From Monocercomonoides exilis PA203 (taxonomy: Eukaryota; Protista; Preaxostyla), in the NCBI GenBank assembly GCA_001643675.2, contig LSRY02000055.1, positions 186,001 to 250,000 on the forward strand: 64,000 bases of DNA, in the 5' to 3' direction. Position numbers and translations under genes: made by a program. Position 1 is the stretch's first letter. The number at the start of each line of letters is the position of its first letter. A model generated the notes under the pieces. The model was not told the DNA's origin. It did not search any database and was given only the letters and a program-made list of their open reading frames with translations. Of this stretch, positions 25,534-38,300 are shown piece after piece.

Positions 25534-26589
25534 CATCTTTTCTTTTTTCTTTTCATTGGCGTCATCACTGTCATCTCAATTAGCTCCAAGCCCTGTCCAC
25601 TTCAACTGACATGCGCACAGAAGACTGCAATAAAGATAGCATTCCCGCTCTTAACAGAAGAATTCCACCTTCTCCTCAACCCCACCAGAAGAGGAGATTC
25701 CCCCACCTTGCCATGCCGCACCCTCAATAAGATGAAAAGAAAGCACCCCAAAATCTAAATAGCCATGCCTCATTCTGCACTTTTCCCCTTCCTCCTTTTC
25801 TTTTATTCCTCAAATTCTTTCTCTCTTCTCTCTCACCTCCCCCTCCATTCCCAACCTCTCTTTTCACAACGCCCTGCCACATCTTCCTGTCCTGCCTCTC
25901 CTTTCCCTGTTCCCATTCAACCAGCCCGCCACTCTGCCCAGCTTCTTCCGTTATGTGCACACACATATATCTTCATCTAAACATTCGCCTCGTTGTGCGT
26001 TCCTGGGCATGAAGCGCTACCCCCGATCCAGTGCCTCTTTTGCCGAGTGTGCATGCTTCGTCTGTGCACCCACACTCCGCCACCACACGCATTTTCTTGT
26101 GATTCGCCTGCGTTCGTATCCTCTGCACACACAACATTCTGAGATTGAGGCACATTTGATGCACGACAAAATGAAGCTGATGGAAGGGCACCTCCAGCTG
26201 CTCCGCTTGCCCAGAAGAACACTGCTCCCCAGATGATATTTGCAGGTCGTCCTGAATAACGGATGTTGAAGACAAAGACGAAGATGAGGACAAATGAAGA
26301 GAAAGGCTGATGCTTGCAGTTGCTAAGTGGTTGCAGAGAAGCACAAACGGAAGGGCAGCCACCTCCAATGCAGTTCTCGCACTCGGCTTGCCTGTCTGTT
26401 GCCTGATTCCCATCACCGGTCCTTCAAAACACCCGATGCTTCTAAAAGCTTCCAAGAAACAGAGCAAAAACGAAAAACCCTCAAACGAAAGAACATCCAA
26501 ACTCTATCTTCCAGTCAATCTCTGCCAACTCCAAATCGAAGCAGAATAAACCACTTGTCAAAATCGGTGAACTTGTCGAATTTCTAATT

Positions 26590-27320
26590 CATTGAAGCCA
26601 AATGGAATAGATCCATTTGCATATCTGCCTTGTGCATTCAGAGAAACAGGAAAGTCTTATAAGTATAATTGACATTTTGGGGCTCTCCTTTTTTTTCGTT
26701 GATTTATTTCCATTCCTTTTATGTGATTAATATCCTTCCCTTGATATTGCCAGCCACTTTCCTTGACAAAAAACTGTTCTACTGCATTACGCCCCCAAAT
26801 GCTATATAATATTGTGCAGACTTTATCCTTCACAGAATTCCATCCATAAATCTTCATTCAATAAAGTATCAGCTGAATTTGTTTTCACCTCTTGTTCCAA
26901 ATAAAAATCATATATCTTCCGTAACTTCATTTATTTCCCAATGCCTATATAATAATCTGCTCCGTTCTCATCGTATTGCTTTCCAAAGCGGAGATTGGCC
27001 ATTTCAACAATAACTCATATTCCTGCACTTTGGAGAGGATACAGACGGAAATATCTTCACAATCAATAGAACAATATAAATTACATACATTATGTCTTTT
27101 TGTGTTATTGATGAAATTGTTGCATTCCCCTTGGCCATCCAATTTCCTATTATCATCAGGCAGAATTCCAAAAATATTGCATCTCCACCATTTCTTGTTG
27201 CATCCACAGGAAATAATATTTCTAGTTCTGCAGGTAATGTTCATTCACGGATTTCTCATTCTGTGAATGGAATATTCCAGTTCTTTCAAATCTGATGATC
27301 ATGGAATCTATAACAAAAAC
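26590..27320 (-). repeat. Dispersed repeat family R, ~730-bp copy
   Basis: Colinear with 39915-40670 (e.g. gagaaacaggaaag, ttttggggctctccttttt, gaatttgttttcacctcttg, ccaatgcctatataataatctgctcc). Confidence 0.9.
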
Positions 27321-27745
27321 TTGAAGTGATTTAATCAAAGTGTTAGTTATTTTGTTGTGAATTCCATGAAAGTGGAATGTTCATTGAATTGAATGTTATT
27401 TTATTTGTTGAAAAATTGATCGAAATAAATGAATTCAATAAAAAAAAATATTTTTTACATTATTAGATGTTCCTTTTGATAAGTTATTAAAGCATACCAA
27501 AAAAAGTTAAAATGGCATGTTGACAATTAAAAATCAACTGAATTGAACGAAAAAATGTTGATGGTGAATTATAATTGGTGTGTGAAATGAAACAAATCTT
27601 CGAATTACATTTCAACAAATAATCACATTTTCAATGCGATTAATGAGGAAGAAAAGATAAGAAAAATTCTATGATATTCACAAATATATGCTTTATGAAA
27701 TAAAAATAATGTTAAATTGCTCTGAAAGAATTGGAAATCTCAATT

Positions 27746-30235
27746 CTACTCCTGGGTGCTCATTTCTTGTTCTTTGCTTCCCTCGTTGTCTCCATCTTTG
27801 TTGCTTTTGGCCTTCTTTTTCTTGACAATCACAATTGCAACCACAATCACAACAACTGCAACAACTACAACTACAACAACTATAGGCACAACAATGGATA
27901 TTATCATCCTTCTTTTCTTTTCTTTTTGCTTTCTGTTTTGCTCAGCGATTCGATCTTGTCTCACTTTCACGTACTTCTCATACACATCTTCTGGTTCAGA
28001 TTTTTCATCTTTAGCTCCCACAATCCACCCAGTTGTTGAATTGTCATAATCATTCGCAAACTCAAATGAGCCTTCTTGTTTGCAGAACTCATCAAAATCT
28101 GGGGCAACAATGAATATTGATCTTGCTGTAGAATTCGCTGTGTTTGAGCCATCAATCTCAAGATTGTTTGCAGAAGGAAGTTGAAGATTTGATGCTGCCT
28201 TTGGAATTTTTATGGACATTGCCCCTGCTTCCCCATTTGGCGCTGTGCATGACTTGAATGTGCATTTGTTGTTTCTTCCAATAGCCACTTTCGACTCTTT
28301 CGAAATCAAAATAATGAACAACCCAGCTGTATCTCCTTCCTCCGAATAAGAATCTTTGATATTCAATCCCTCAATGGCAATTTTCACAGCTTCGATTTCT
28401 GGATCCGAAATATAAATTGCAGGATTGTTTGAAAATTTAACATTGCTGATCTCCACTCCATTCAAAGACACTTCCCTTGTTCCGCTGAAATAAAACATCG
28501 ATGACATAAACGAAACTGTATTACTGTTATCTGTGCATGTGACAGTGTTCATTGCAACTTTTCCCCCCCAAACGTTTACAAGATTGCCTACAACGAAATC
28601 ATCTTCATTATCATTTGTTGTCATTTCATATGGTGATAGTGAGCTAACCCTGACAAACCTGCAATTGTTGATCGTGAGTGATGTTAACTTCGCATTTCCA
28701 AAAATTAAAGAATCCCATTTGTTCTCAGACGTGGGAAAATTGAATGCCAAATACTTGAATTCCACCTCTTTTTCACATGTGAATAAATCATATGATCCTC
28801 TTACATCACAATTAACAGTTGCTTCCACATTTCCATTTCCGTCACTGCTAACTCCTTCGATGATTATCCCACGGCTCTTGCTAAATGTAATTACTTCAGC
28901 TTCAAGTGGATCGTCGGATTTTAATATTGCAATTCTAAATGTATCTTCTCTTGTGATCATTCCCAACAATTCGTTGGCCTCCTTCAAACTGAAAATTGGT
29001 CTTTCTGAGCTTTCACCATTCCCAGTACCTCCAGACTTCACATAAATCTTTGAAGCATCTTGCGATGGAGGCAGTAATGGATCTAAATACTTGGATACAA
29101 AATCAATTTCTTCGTAGTTATTTTCTACAATTCCAACAACATTCCACATGTTTCTGCTTCGTGCGTAATTAGCTGCAAAACTCTTCTTCATTGCAAATGC
29201 TATTTCTTCGAATAATGAATCATCAGCCATCTCCAAATATATTCCAATATTCCTTTTTGACTCGCCTTCTCCAGCTGTGCATCTGTCAAATATCAGATCC
29301 GTTCCGTCTTCGGGCCATTTAATCTGACTTGCTGATTCAATTGCAAGCGTTCGTAGATATATTCCTCCAGAACCTTGATTATTCTTGCAACTGCAAGATA
29401 AAAAAGTGGTGACGCCTTCATCTCCAACGGTAAATGTGCTTTCGCCATTTTTGAAGCTAACATACAATGATCCGTAACGAAATGCTTCACATTCAATAAA
29501 ATTGCTTCCATTCAATGTGACATCACATTTATTGTTACATGTGATCTGAATAACAGATAACGCACTTGTCTCAACTTTCTTCAAAGTTATATTTGACAAT
29601 ATCACTGTTTGAGTGTCGATGGTACGAAACAGTTCGTTCTCCGATGTTAATGCATTTGAATCATCCGCGCACTCAACTGAGTCCAATGTTAATGATCCTC
29701 CAGATGAGTACACAAGATAAATATCAGTGTGACATCCTTCAACTTCTGGTCGAATAAATCTGCAGTTGCTTATTGATAGCTTTGCACCCGATCCACTTAT
29801 CAAATCAAGCGATAAATACTCTTGGCTTTCATTTCTCAAAGTTGTTGGGAAGTGAAACGCCAAGTATTTGAATTCCACATCACAATAGCAATTAAATAGA
29901 TTACTTCCTGGATGAATGTCACAATCTATTGCCACTTCAGCATTTCCACTTCCATCACTTTTCCATCCTTCAATTGTAATTTTTTGTTTATTGCTAAATT
30001 CAACAACTTTTGCAGTCAATGGTTTTGTATCGTAGACTATTTTCATGTTGCATACGCTGTCATTGGTCAGCAGATTATATGCATCTATCAATGATGGCTT
30101 TTCCTTCCTAATCTCCAATCCGCTGTTTTCATCTTTCCCGCTTTGCTTTACAAACACTGTTGTTATTGATTCAGATGGCTCTTCTTGTGCGTAAGTCGAT
30201 GCCAAAATTTGGAAAAGAATAAATCCCAAAAACAT
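27746..30235 (-). CDS. Intact single-pass surface protein (829 aa): signal peptide, two tandem beta-helix-like repeat units, C-terminal TM and short basic/acidic tail
   Basis: ATG 30235 gives MFLGFILFQILASTYAQ. The internal duplication pairs VFVKQSG..ITIEG..DGSGNAEVAIDCD..VEFKYLAFHFPT with IYVKSGG..IIIEG..DGNGNVEATVNCD..VEFKYLAFNFPT. The TM IIISIVVPIVVVVVVVAVVVIVVAIVIV is followed by KKKK. Confidence 0.9.
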   Translation of the reverse strand: MFLGFILFQILASTYAQEEPSESITTVFVKQSGKDENSGLEIRKEKPSLIDAYNLLTNDSVCNMKIVYDTKPLTAKVVEFSNKQKITIEGWKSDGSGNAEVAIDCDIHPGSNLFNCYCDVEFKYLAFHFPTTLRNESQEYLSLDLISGSGAKLSISNCRFIRPEVEGCHTDIYLVYSSGGSLTLDSVECADDSNALTSENELFRTIDTQTVILSNITLKKVETSALSVIQITCNNKCDVTLNGSNFIECEAFRYGSLYVSFKNGESTFTVGDEGVTTFLSCSCKNNQGSGGIYLRTLAIESASQIKWPEDGTDLIFDRCTAGEGESKRNIGIYLEMADDSLFEEIAFAMKKSFAANYARSRNMWNVVGIVENNYEEIDFVSKYLDPLLPPSQDASKIYVKSGGTGNGESSERPIFSLKEANELLGMITREDTFRIAILKSDDPLEAEVITFSKSRGIIIEGVSSDGNGNVEATVNCDVRGSYDLFTCEKEVEFKYLAFNFPTSENKWDSLIFGNAKLTSLTINNCRFVRVSSLSPYEMTTNDNEDDFVVGNLVNVWGGKVAMNTVTCTDNSNTVSFMSSMFYFSGTREVSLNGVEISNVKFSNNPAIYISDPEIEAVKIAIEGLNIKDSYSEEGDTAGLFIILISKESKVAIGRNNKCTFKSCTAPNGEAGAMSIKIPKAASNLQLPSANNLEIDGSNTANSTARSIFIVAPDFDEFCKQEGSFEFANDYDNSTTGWIVGAKDEKSEPEDVYEKYVKVRQDRIAEQNRKQKEKKRRMIISIVVPIVVVVVVVAVVVIVVAIVIVKKKKAKSNKDGDNEGSKEQEMSTQE

Positions 30236-30681
30236 TCTTAAAAGCACTTTTCAAAAAAGCACTATTTTGATCAATGCTTGTATAACTTTAAAATTGATTG
30301 TTGAAAAAGTTTTTAAAACCTTTATCAAAGAAAAATACATTTTTATCAACGAATATATAAAAAATAATATGACATAATTATTCAAAGCAAGCTTATTTTA
30401 TTCTACAAATGTCAAATTAATGAAAAAACATTTATATGAAATATTGTTTGTTTGTTTAATAACGTTTTTTTTTTAAACAAAAAATGTGTTGAAGTCAATG
30501 TTCAAAAAATTTAGAAATCTATCGCATTCACACAGGATCAGTAATTTGGCACTACCATATTTCAAAACTGGGACCGAAGTTTTTTTGCTCCCAACTTCAC
30601 TTCTGAAAAAAAAAATATCTTCCATTTGTTCCAAAACAGGCAACTTTTTATGAAACTGAATATTGATTATATTTTTCTATA

Positions 30682-31960
30682 GGGTGATTTTTTTATCCGG
30701 ACAATTTTTTTAATCCGGACAATTTTTTTTATTGGCGTTTCTCACTAAATAAAAACTGAAAATAGAAAAAGCATATTGAACCAGGTTTGAATACATATTA
30801 AATGATCAGACATAAAAAATTTTTTGTCAATTTTTGTTTTTGATGAAGATCTTTGGAATTTTTAATTTATTTTTGATAATTTGTTTTGCTCGTTTTTAAC
30901 CGACTCTCTTTTTCTGTCAGTTTTTAGCTATCGGGCCATAAATCATTCATAATTATCTTTTATAATTTCAAATGGGGGAAAATATGGACTTTCAAGCTTT
31001 TTATGCACAAAGCATGAAAAAATTGCTTCACTCATAACTTTTGATCGCTTACTCAGATTTCAAAATAAATTTGATTTTCATATCTTTTAACAGGCATCAT
31101 TGTTATCAAAGCATAAAGAATAGTGACATTTCACGAATGTTAAAAAATGAATATATTTTTATTATGTTTTTTGATTTCTTCAAGTCAATGAATGGAGCAT
31201 ATTTTTTTAATAGAAAATTCATGAAGTGAAATATTTTTCCCCTAATCTTTTATGTTTTTTCTTATTTTTTCACGATGTTTTCGCATTTCATAGTTTTTGA
31301 AGATAATAAAAAAAAAACTCTTTTTTTTTTAATTGTCATTTATTCTTTCAATGAAAATACCAAAATATTATGCAAATTATAATAAAATTCTTTCCAAATC
31401 GAAATATTATGTCATATTTTATTAAATCAAGAACGAAAAGAGCAATTTTATCATAATGATAAATCTATTTGTACTGCTAAAACAACAACATTTTTTAAAT
31501 AAAACACGTGGTTCATATTTACTGCAAGTAGTTATCTTTTCATGCACATCACTAAAAAACGTCTGATCAATATTGTGAAGCTCATTATTTTCAGTTTTTT
31601 GTTATTAAAATCAAAAACGATGAAAGGCGAAAAACTCCTGAAAAAATAGGAAAAAACATAAAACATTTGGAATAATAAAACTTCATTGTGTGTGTTTCAT
31701 AGCCTTAAAGTTAATAATAAACAAAAAAAGAAAGATAGTCCAAAATAAACAAAACAAATGATCAAAAATAAATTAAAAATTCCAAAGATCTTCATCAAAA
31801 ACAAAAATTGACAAAAAATTTTTTATGTCTGATCATTTAATATGTATTCAAACCTGGTTCAATATGCTTTTTCTATTTTCAGTTTTTATTTGGTGAGAAA
31901 CGCCAAAAAAAAAAAAAAATTGTCCGGATTAAAAAAAATGTTCGGATAAAAAAATCACCC
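30682..31960. mobile_element. Non-autonomous DNA transposon with ~207-bp TIRs and TA flanks (Tc1/mariner-like)
   Basis: 30682-30888 is the near-perfect reverse complement of ~31751-31960. The ends read TA|GGGTG...CACCC|TA, with tandem atccggacaattttttt subrepeats near the TIR end. No transposase ORF. Confidence 0.8.
30974..31242 (+). mobile_element. ~270-bp MITE (GGGGGAAAATA termini) nested in the TIR element
   Basis: Colinear with 44906-45173 (tttcaagctttttatgcacaaagca, ttgcttcactcataactt, gtgacatttcacgaatgt). Flanks are AAAT and TAAT. Confidence 0.75.
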
Positions 31961-33478
31961 TAAATGGATTTTTTTATTGAAATTCTCCTTTGTTGGACAA
32001 TAAATTTATAAAGCTCTCACATGTTCGTTTTCAAACGGTTTCAAGACTGATGAAATGATCGAAGTACCATAAAACGATATAGGTGTGATTTTTTAATGAG
32101 ATCATAAAAACGTTGCACTGTTGATCTTTCATGAATAATTTTTTTTGTTGTTAAAATTTCCCATAAAAAAAAATTTGAAAATCTGAAGAGAAATCGTTGA
32201 AAAACTTAAAATCATGTAATCGATCGATGAAATTTTAAAAAAAGAAGTTGCGATTGAATAAATGTTGTTGTATGTTTGATAATTCAATTATCTTTTTTCC
32301 GTGAAAGTTTATTTGTCGGATAAGAAAAAAGAAAAATAACCTTTTCAGCGGGATAGAAAATATTATTTTTCTCAGTGACAAGGTCAGTGACGTAGGGGAA
32401 TTGATGATGGAATTTGGAAAGAGGATTTTTTAGAAAAGCTTCTTGAATGGAAATTCAGCAATTTGGTTTTCGAAAGAAAATATTTGCATGTTTGCATTTT
32501 TTATTGTTCTTGTTTATTTTGAAAATGTTTCCTTCTGTGGCCTTCTCAGAATCCAGGAATCTGATGAATTATTCAAATGACCATTCCTTTCTTTTCTGAG
32601 GAGAACATCAGAAGAGAGCTGGATTCCGAGATACAATCAGCAGATGGGAATTGAATATTTTTTGTATTCAACTTGAACAGGAGATGAAAAACAAATTCTA
32701 TATCAAATCATTTGGATAAGAGGGGAAAAGGATAAATGTCCACAATTGAACAGAATTTGGAAAGAAAAAATGAAAAGATATTATTTTCTGAAAAAAAATG
32801 TGTGAAAACATAGAAAGAAGGATATTTAAGGAGAAAAAAGGATGATGAAGAAAGGAGCACCGGGAAACAAGGGAAAAGGAGATTGACAGCATCAGTAATT
32901 GAACAATCCTCTGCATTTGCGATAGGGAATGCATGTGTGTTCTTTTGAGGAATTTTAATTATCAATCCAAAACCAATTATTATTATTTTATGTCTTTCTG
33001 TTTCCATTCCAATGAACAGCTTTTTTTTCATGTTGTGCATCATTCACAGGAACAATCCATTTCAAGCAGCATTTTTGAAGATTATATGGTTTCTTCTCAT
33101 TCTCCTTCGATTTCTTCATTGACGATATTAAATTAACTTGGCTGATGAAAAGAAAACCTTTTTCGTTTTTGAGAATTTGTTGTTTGGATGGCTATCATAT
33201 TCTCATGTTCAACATAAAATAAATCTTCCTTATCTTGCTGCTGTTGTCTTTTATGAAATTCGAATCTGTTTGCAATGTCTGCATTTTCTTCAAATGAGTC
33301 TTGTTCGCCTTTGTCGCCCAGCTTGTCCAGAGAGCTTCATCGAACTCATTTCATTCCATTTCTCTCTCAGATGCCCCTTCTTCTTTCACTTCTTTCGTTT
33401 TTTTTTCGTATCTGCTACTTCGAGTATTTTGTTTGCGAAAGCAATTATTGTGTTGAACTCTGATCATTCAGCATTAAC

Positions 33479-33513
<35 letters not shown>

Positions 33514-34884
33514 TATCATCATCTTCTTCTTCTTCTTACTCGTCTTCACCAATAGCAACCGACCTCTCTCTCCACCCATGATCACCACACTTCTCTGAGA
33601 TTAACCTGCGCTCCGTATAATAACAATGCATCCTCTCCTCCGTCGACGCTATCTCAACCGCTGTGCACAAGTAGCTACTGCTTTAGGCGCTTCACATTCT
33701 TCTTCTTATTCCATTTCGCTTTTCTGCTTCTGCAATTGTTGCACTTCATCCAACAAACAAGTTTGCGGTGGGAAAGCAACACGCCAACATCATCACCTTC
33801 TTCTTCTTCTCAACTATCGTCTTCGTATTCAAACCTTCTTCTTTGTTTTCATCTTCTCCTTTGCAAGGTCTTCAACAAATTTAAATGTGGTTAGTTTTTT
33901 TAGCGTGATATATCAGCATCATTTTCTGTTTGAGCCAAGAAGTGCTTGACAATCACTCAAAATCAACCACTGATTCGTGGATTGCCGATTTTGTTTAATT
34001 GCATCAATTTGTCCAATACAATAATAGAGATTATGAAATTCTTTTTCAACCGAAATCAACTTATTGAAAAAATATTTTGACAAACAAACAACTCACAATA
34101 ACACCATCCTCCTTCTTCAAAACCTTTTTTGAGTTTTTCATGGAATTGTCAATAACAATAAATATTCATTTTCACTGTCATCTCCTTCTTCGTCTATTTC
34201 TTCTTTTTTCATTTCTTCTTCAACAACTTCTTCAACTTCATTCTTCCTTATTCATTCACACAATTACGCAGCATCTTTCTTCATTTCAGCAACTGTGATC
34301 GTCCCGTTCTTCTTCAATGCCTTCTTCAATGAACAACAAAAAAATATTCCTATTTCTATTTCATTCAACTCCCGTAAATTCAGGGCCAAGCGTCATCTTT
34401 TTCTTCTTCTCAGAAAGAAGAAAGGAATATTTATTCAAACACAGAATATCAGCTGAAATAAATGAAAATGGAAGAGATGTTATGATGAGCCAAGAAATGA
34501 AGGGAAACAGGCATGTAATAAGAAAAGGAGGTTGCCTTTCCCTCCTTTTTCTGTGAATGATGGGGACACAGACGAAAAGATAATAATATTGAAACAATTC
34601 TTAATTGGTGGGTGAATGACAACAGAGATGACATTCGAGAGATTTCTCCATGACAATGTGTATTCTCCTTCCATGTGAGTAATTTTCGAGTGAATGTCTC
34701 CGACTGAGCGACCTCTCTCTGATTTTTCTTCATTTTCGGCTTCTGCTTCTGCAACTTCATCTTCATTTTGCTAATCACTCCTTCAATGCGATATCCATGA
34801 TGGCCTTCTTTGAATGCTTCAGGATGCGCAGCAAAGACGAGCAACAGGAGACATCTTAACAAACACTGAAGTTGCAAAAGCGAG

Positions 34885-36960
34885 TTGCCTCTTCACTTGC
34901 CAATTTTCCAGTTCATTCTCATTCAATCCTCTCCATCAACCAAAAATTGGGAGGAAATTTCAGATGAGATGAAAGTTGACGATAACGAAGGCGAAGACGA
35001 TGATGATGATAATGAGGAAGAAGAAGAAGAAGAAGAAGAAGAAGATGATGATGATGATGATGAAGAGGAAGATGAAACTAAAGATACAAGCGAATATGAA
35101 GAAGAAGAAAAACTTGAAGAAGAAACAGATGATAAATGATTGAGGAAAGACACATACAACAAAGCATTCCAATACCCTCAAAAGCCAAAGGAACATACAA
35201 AAGAAGTTAAAGAGAAGATTAGGAATGAATTATGTGACGCATTTGGCGAGCCTGAAAAGCTGCCTGGGTTGTTTTATTGGGAAGAAACTCTGCCTCTTCT
35301 GCCGCCTTTGGGAGAACAGAGGGTAGAAGGCGGGGAAGGGAAGAGAGGAGCGACAAAGCATCGTCTTCTTGATCGGTACGTTGGCATTCAGAATTGTTTG
35401 AAAAGAGGGTGCAATGAATGAGCATCAGCATCCTCCTTCTCCTTCTCAACCACAATCGCATTTTCTTTCATATTCCCACCACTCATCCACTTCTTCTCCT
35501 CCTCCTTTCCCATCTTCACTATCTTCACCATCATCTGCTTCTTCTTCTTCATATTCCTCTTTGTATATGATCTCGAATTCGAGTAGTTATGATTGTGATT
35601 GCAATTGTTCATCTGCCAGCCAGCCATCTGCATTGCAGTTATTTCTGTCTGATTACACACAGTTTGAGAGTGTCTCCAACACGCAGATTCTGTCAAAGAT
35701 CCCATTTTTGGAGCACTTGTGAAGGATCTGATTGCTCTTTTGTGCAGATGCCTTCTCCGCCTTCACATTCTTCAGACAAGCTGCATTTTTTTCCTCTTCC
35801 ACCTCTTCCACCTCTTCTTCATCTTCTTCATCTTCTTCCTCTTCTTCCTCTTCTTCCTCTTCTTCATCTTCTTCATCTTCTTCATCTTCTTCATCTTCTT
35901 CATCATCATCATCTTCTTCTTCTCCCTTTTCTTCTTCTTCTTCACCTTCTTCTTCTTCACCTTCTTCATCTTCTTCATCTTCTTCCTCTTCTTCCTCTTC
36001 TTCCTCTTTCTCTTTTTCTTCCTCATCTTCATCCATTCGTTCAGGAATGATGCAAAGGAAGGCTCCCCCAACTCGTATGCCCTGACACTCACAGCCAGAC
36101 TGAACAACAATCATGCACAATTTATGAATTTTGATGATCCATCAGTTATTGAAAACTTGTTGGCTGAATGGAAACAATTGAAATCAAATGGAATTCTTCT
36201 GAAACATGGTTTGCAACGCGTGGGAGAAGTAATAAAGCACTTTGAGGTTCAAAGGAAGGAGAAAGACATGAGGAGTCATTTGGGATGGTTGAAGAATGCA
36301 TGAATGAATCAAACGTGATTGAATGCAGCGAATGGAGCAGAGCAACCTGCTGTATGATGTTCCTTCCATGGAGGAGGTTATCGAAAAAGAAGAAGAAATA
36401 CGTTGTTATAAACGTGAAGAAAGTGGAAGATCTGTCAGAATCAACATGTCGATGGCTCGTGGTAGCTTTGGTTGTGCTTGCGATGTTGCACAAAGAAGAT
36501 GTACCATCCATTGAGAATATCAGAGGCAAGAGATCTTTTCTGTGAAAGCTGACGAAGATAAAGAGGACAAGTGGTGCAGAAGAGAGGCGGAGGAGAAGGA
36601 GATCTAAAGGATGAAGGAGAAGAAACAAATTCAGATGATAATTGGCGGTGGAGGAGAAAGAGGAGGGGGTCTTTTGTTGGAAATATGAAAGTATATTTAT
36701 TTTTTTGGAAGAAGGGCGCTTGGCAGACTCGAACAAGGTGGAGATGAAGCTATCTGTGGATAGCTGATCTGAGAAAGAAGAAGATGAAGAAGAAGAAGGC
36801 GATGGGGATGAAGAGAAGAAACATCGAGTGGCCGATGAGAAGAGGAAGTCTGGTTGTATTGGGAATGAACAGTCAATTGTATCACAGAGACAACAAAGGC
36901 AACAGCAAGGGCAAGGAAGATGACTTGAAGTTTAGTCTTTTTCTTCTGCTGTGCCTCCAA
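34885..36960 (+). pseudogene. Degenerate coding region of unknown family, interrupted by acidic and (TTC)n tracts
   Basis: Consecutive protein-like fragments (e.g. LRKDTYNKAFQYPQKPKE..., FMNFDDPSVIENLLAEWKQL...) are separated by stops and frameshifts. No family recognised. Confidence 0.35.
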
Positions 36961-37199
36961 TGACGACAGAAATGCTGGAAAGAGCTCGTTGAAGAACCCA
37001 GTGACCGAACTTAGAAGAAGATGAATGAAATAAAACGTGAAAAGTTATGGTTCATATCTTTATGAACCAATTGATTGAAAAAATAAAAATGAGAGCTAGA
37101 AAAAGGTTAAAAAAAAAGAAAACCAAGAAATATGATAAAAACAATAATAACAATAAAAGAAAAATATGACAAACATTTTCTATTCAAGAATCGCATCTT

Positions 37200-38300
37200 T
37201 ATTTCTTCTTGATCAGAACATATTGGTAATTGATTGTGTGAGTCCAAACAGACTGGAAAGATAAAGCTCCTCAATGATTTCCAATGAAATGTTGTTCGAA
37301 CAGGCATTTTGATGCAGATTGTCGATTAGCACATTCACAAAATGACCTTTGAAATCAACACAAAAATCCTTCAAAAAACATTTTACATTTCACAATAAAA
37401 GAGAAAGTTCAAAGTTTATAGTTTTAAATTTCCATAAGCATATAGAAATTACATCAAAAATAAATAAATACGTTGTTTTTTGTTTTTATTGATAGAAAAT
37501 ATCATCAACACAAACCACATTGCTTGCAAGCTTTTCCATCACCAACATTGATCTGTCTGATATTCTTTTCTTTTTTAAAACCAAGCTCAAAATTTTTGCG
37601 CCTTCTTTTTCTTTTCTGCTTTTCTGACTTTTCTTTTCTTTGAAAATCTTGTTAATCTTGTAAGAAATAATCCATGTTTCTCATAAAATTTAAGTGTTTT
37701 TTTTTCTAGTCTTTCAAAGATTTCCACACTGAGCGCGTAAAACTTTGCCTCTTCTTCAAACTCTTCTTCCTGTGATATAAACAGTGTCTTCATTTCATTC
37801 GCAATCACAATCCCCTTCAGAAGGATGTTCTTCTTCTTCGCCAGCGTATCTGCCCCATTCGACACAAACAGCTAAGAATCCAACGCAGACCGATTTATCC
37901 TGAGATGTATCTATCTCCCCCTCTTCCTCTGTTGCTTCCACCACATTCTTCAGTATCTGTTCATGTGTAACAGATCAAATATAACCTCACGAGGCAGCTT
38001 CACTCACTTCTGTTGCATCCGCCCAGACAATGCGAAAAACAGCGCAGGCTTGAGAACTTTGCAAGGGGGTCCGCACCTAAAATGAGCAGGTCATTCGTCG
38101 TATACTTCTCATCGACAGTGAGTCTGTCGTCGTAAACAATCGAGTTCTCGTTCAGCGCACGAAACAGGTTCGTGTGCACATCCAACTCCGCACACGAAAT
38201 ATACAATGAGCGCTCAATATTCACAAACGGAACCTCCGTCGGCTGCCCCTGCTCTTGTTGCTTTCTTTTGAACAAGTCCATCACATGTTGAGGGCCAGAT
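37200..38300 (-). pseudogene. CFAP61: CFAP61 (cilia- and flagella-associated protein 61) C-terminal fragment, disrupted
   Basis: LDVHTNLFRALNENSIVYDDRLTVDEKYTTNDLLILGADPLAKFS resembles the CFAP61 motif FKA(L/I)NDACLVYD(G/S)RLVID..F.TND..I..AG.LTKFS as I recall it. Downstream, GHFVNVLIDNLH...LSSLFGLTQSITNM* fits the next CFAP61 block. Stops and frameshifts are present. Confidence 0.65.

Noticed and set aside
24183-26587. Possible helicase or other enzyme pseudogene
   Set aside because: The ORFs are fragmented with only a vague motif-VI-like string (EVV*RSA). No Walker A or DExD motif is visible.
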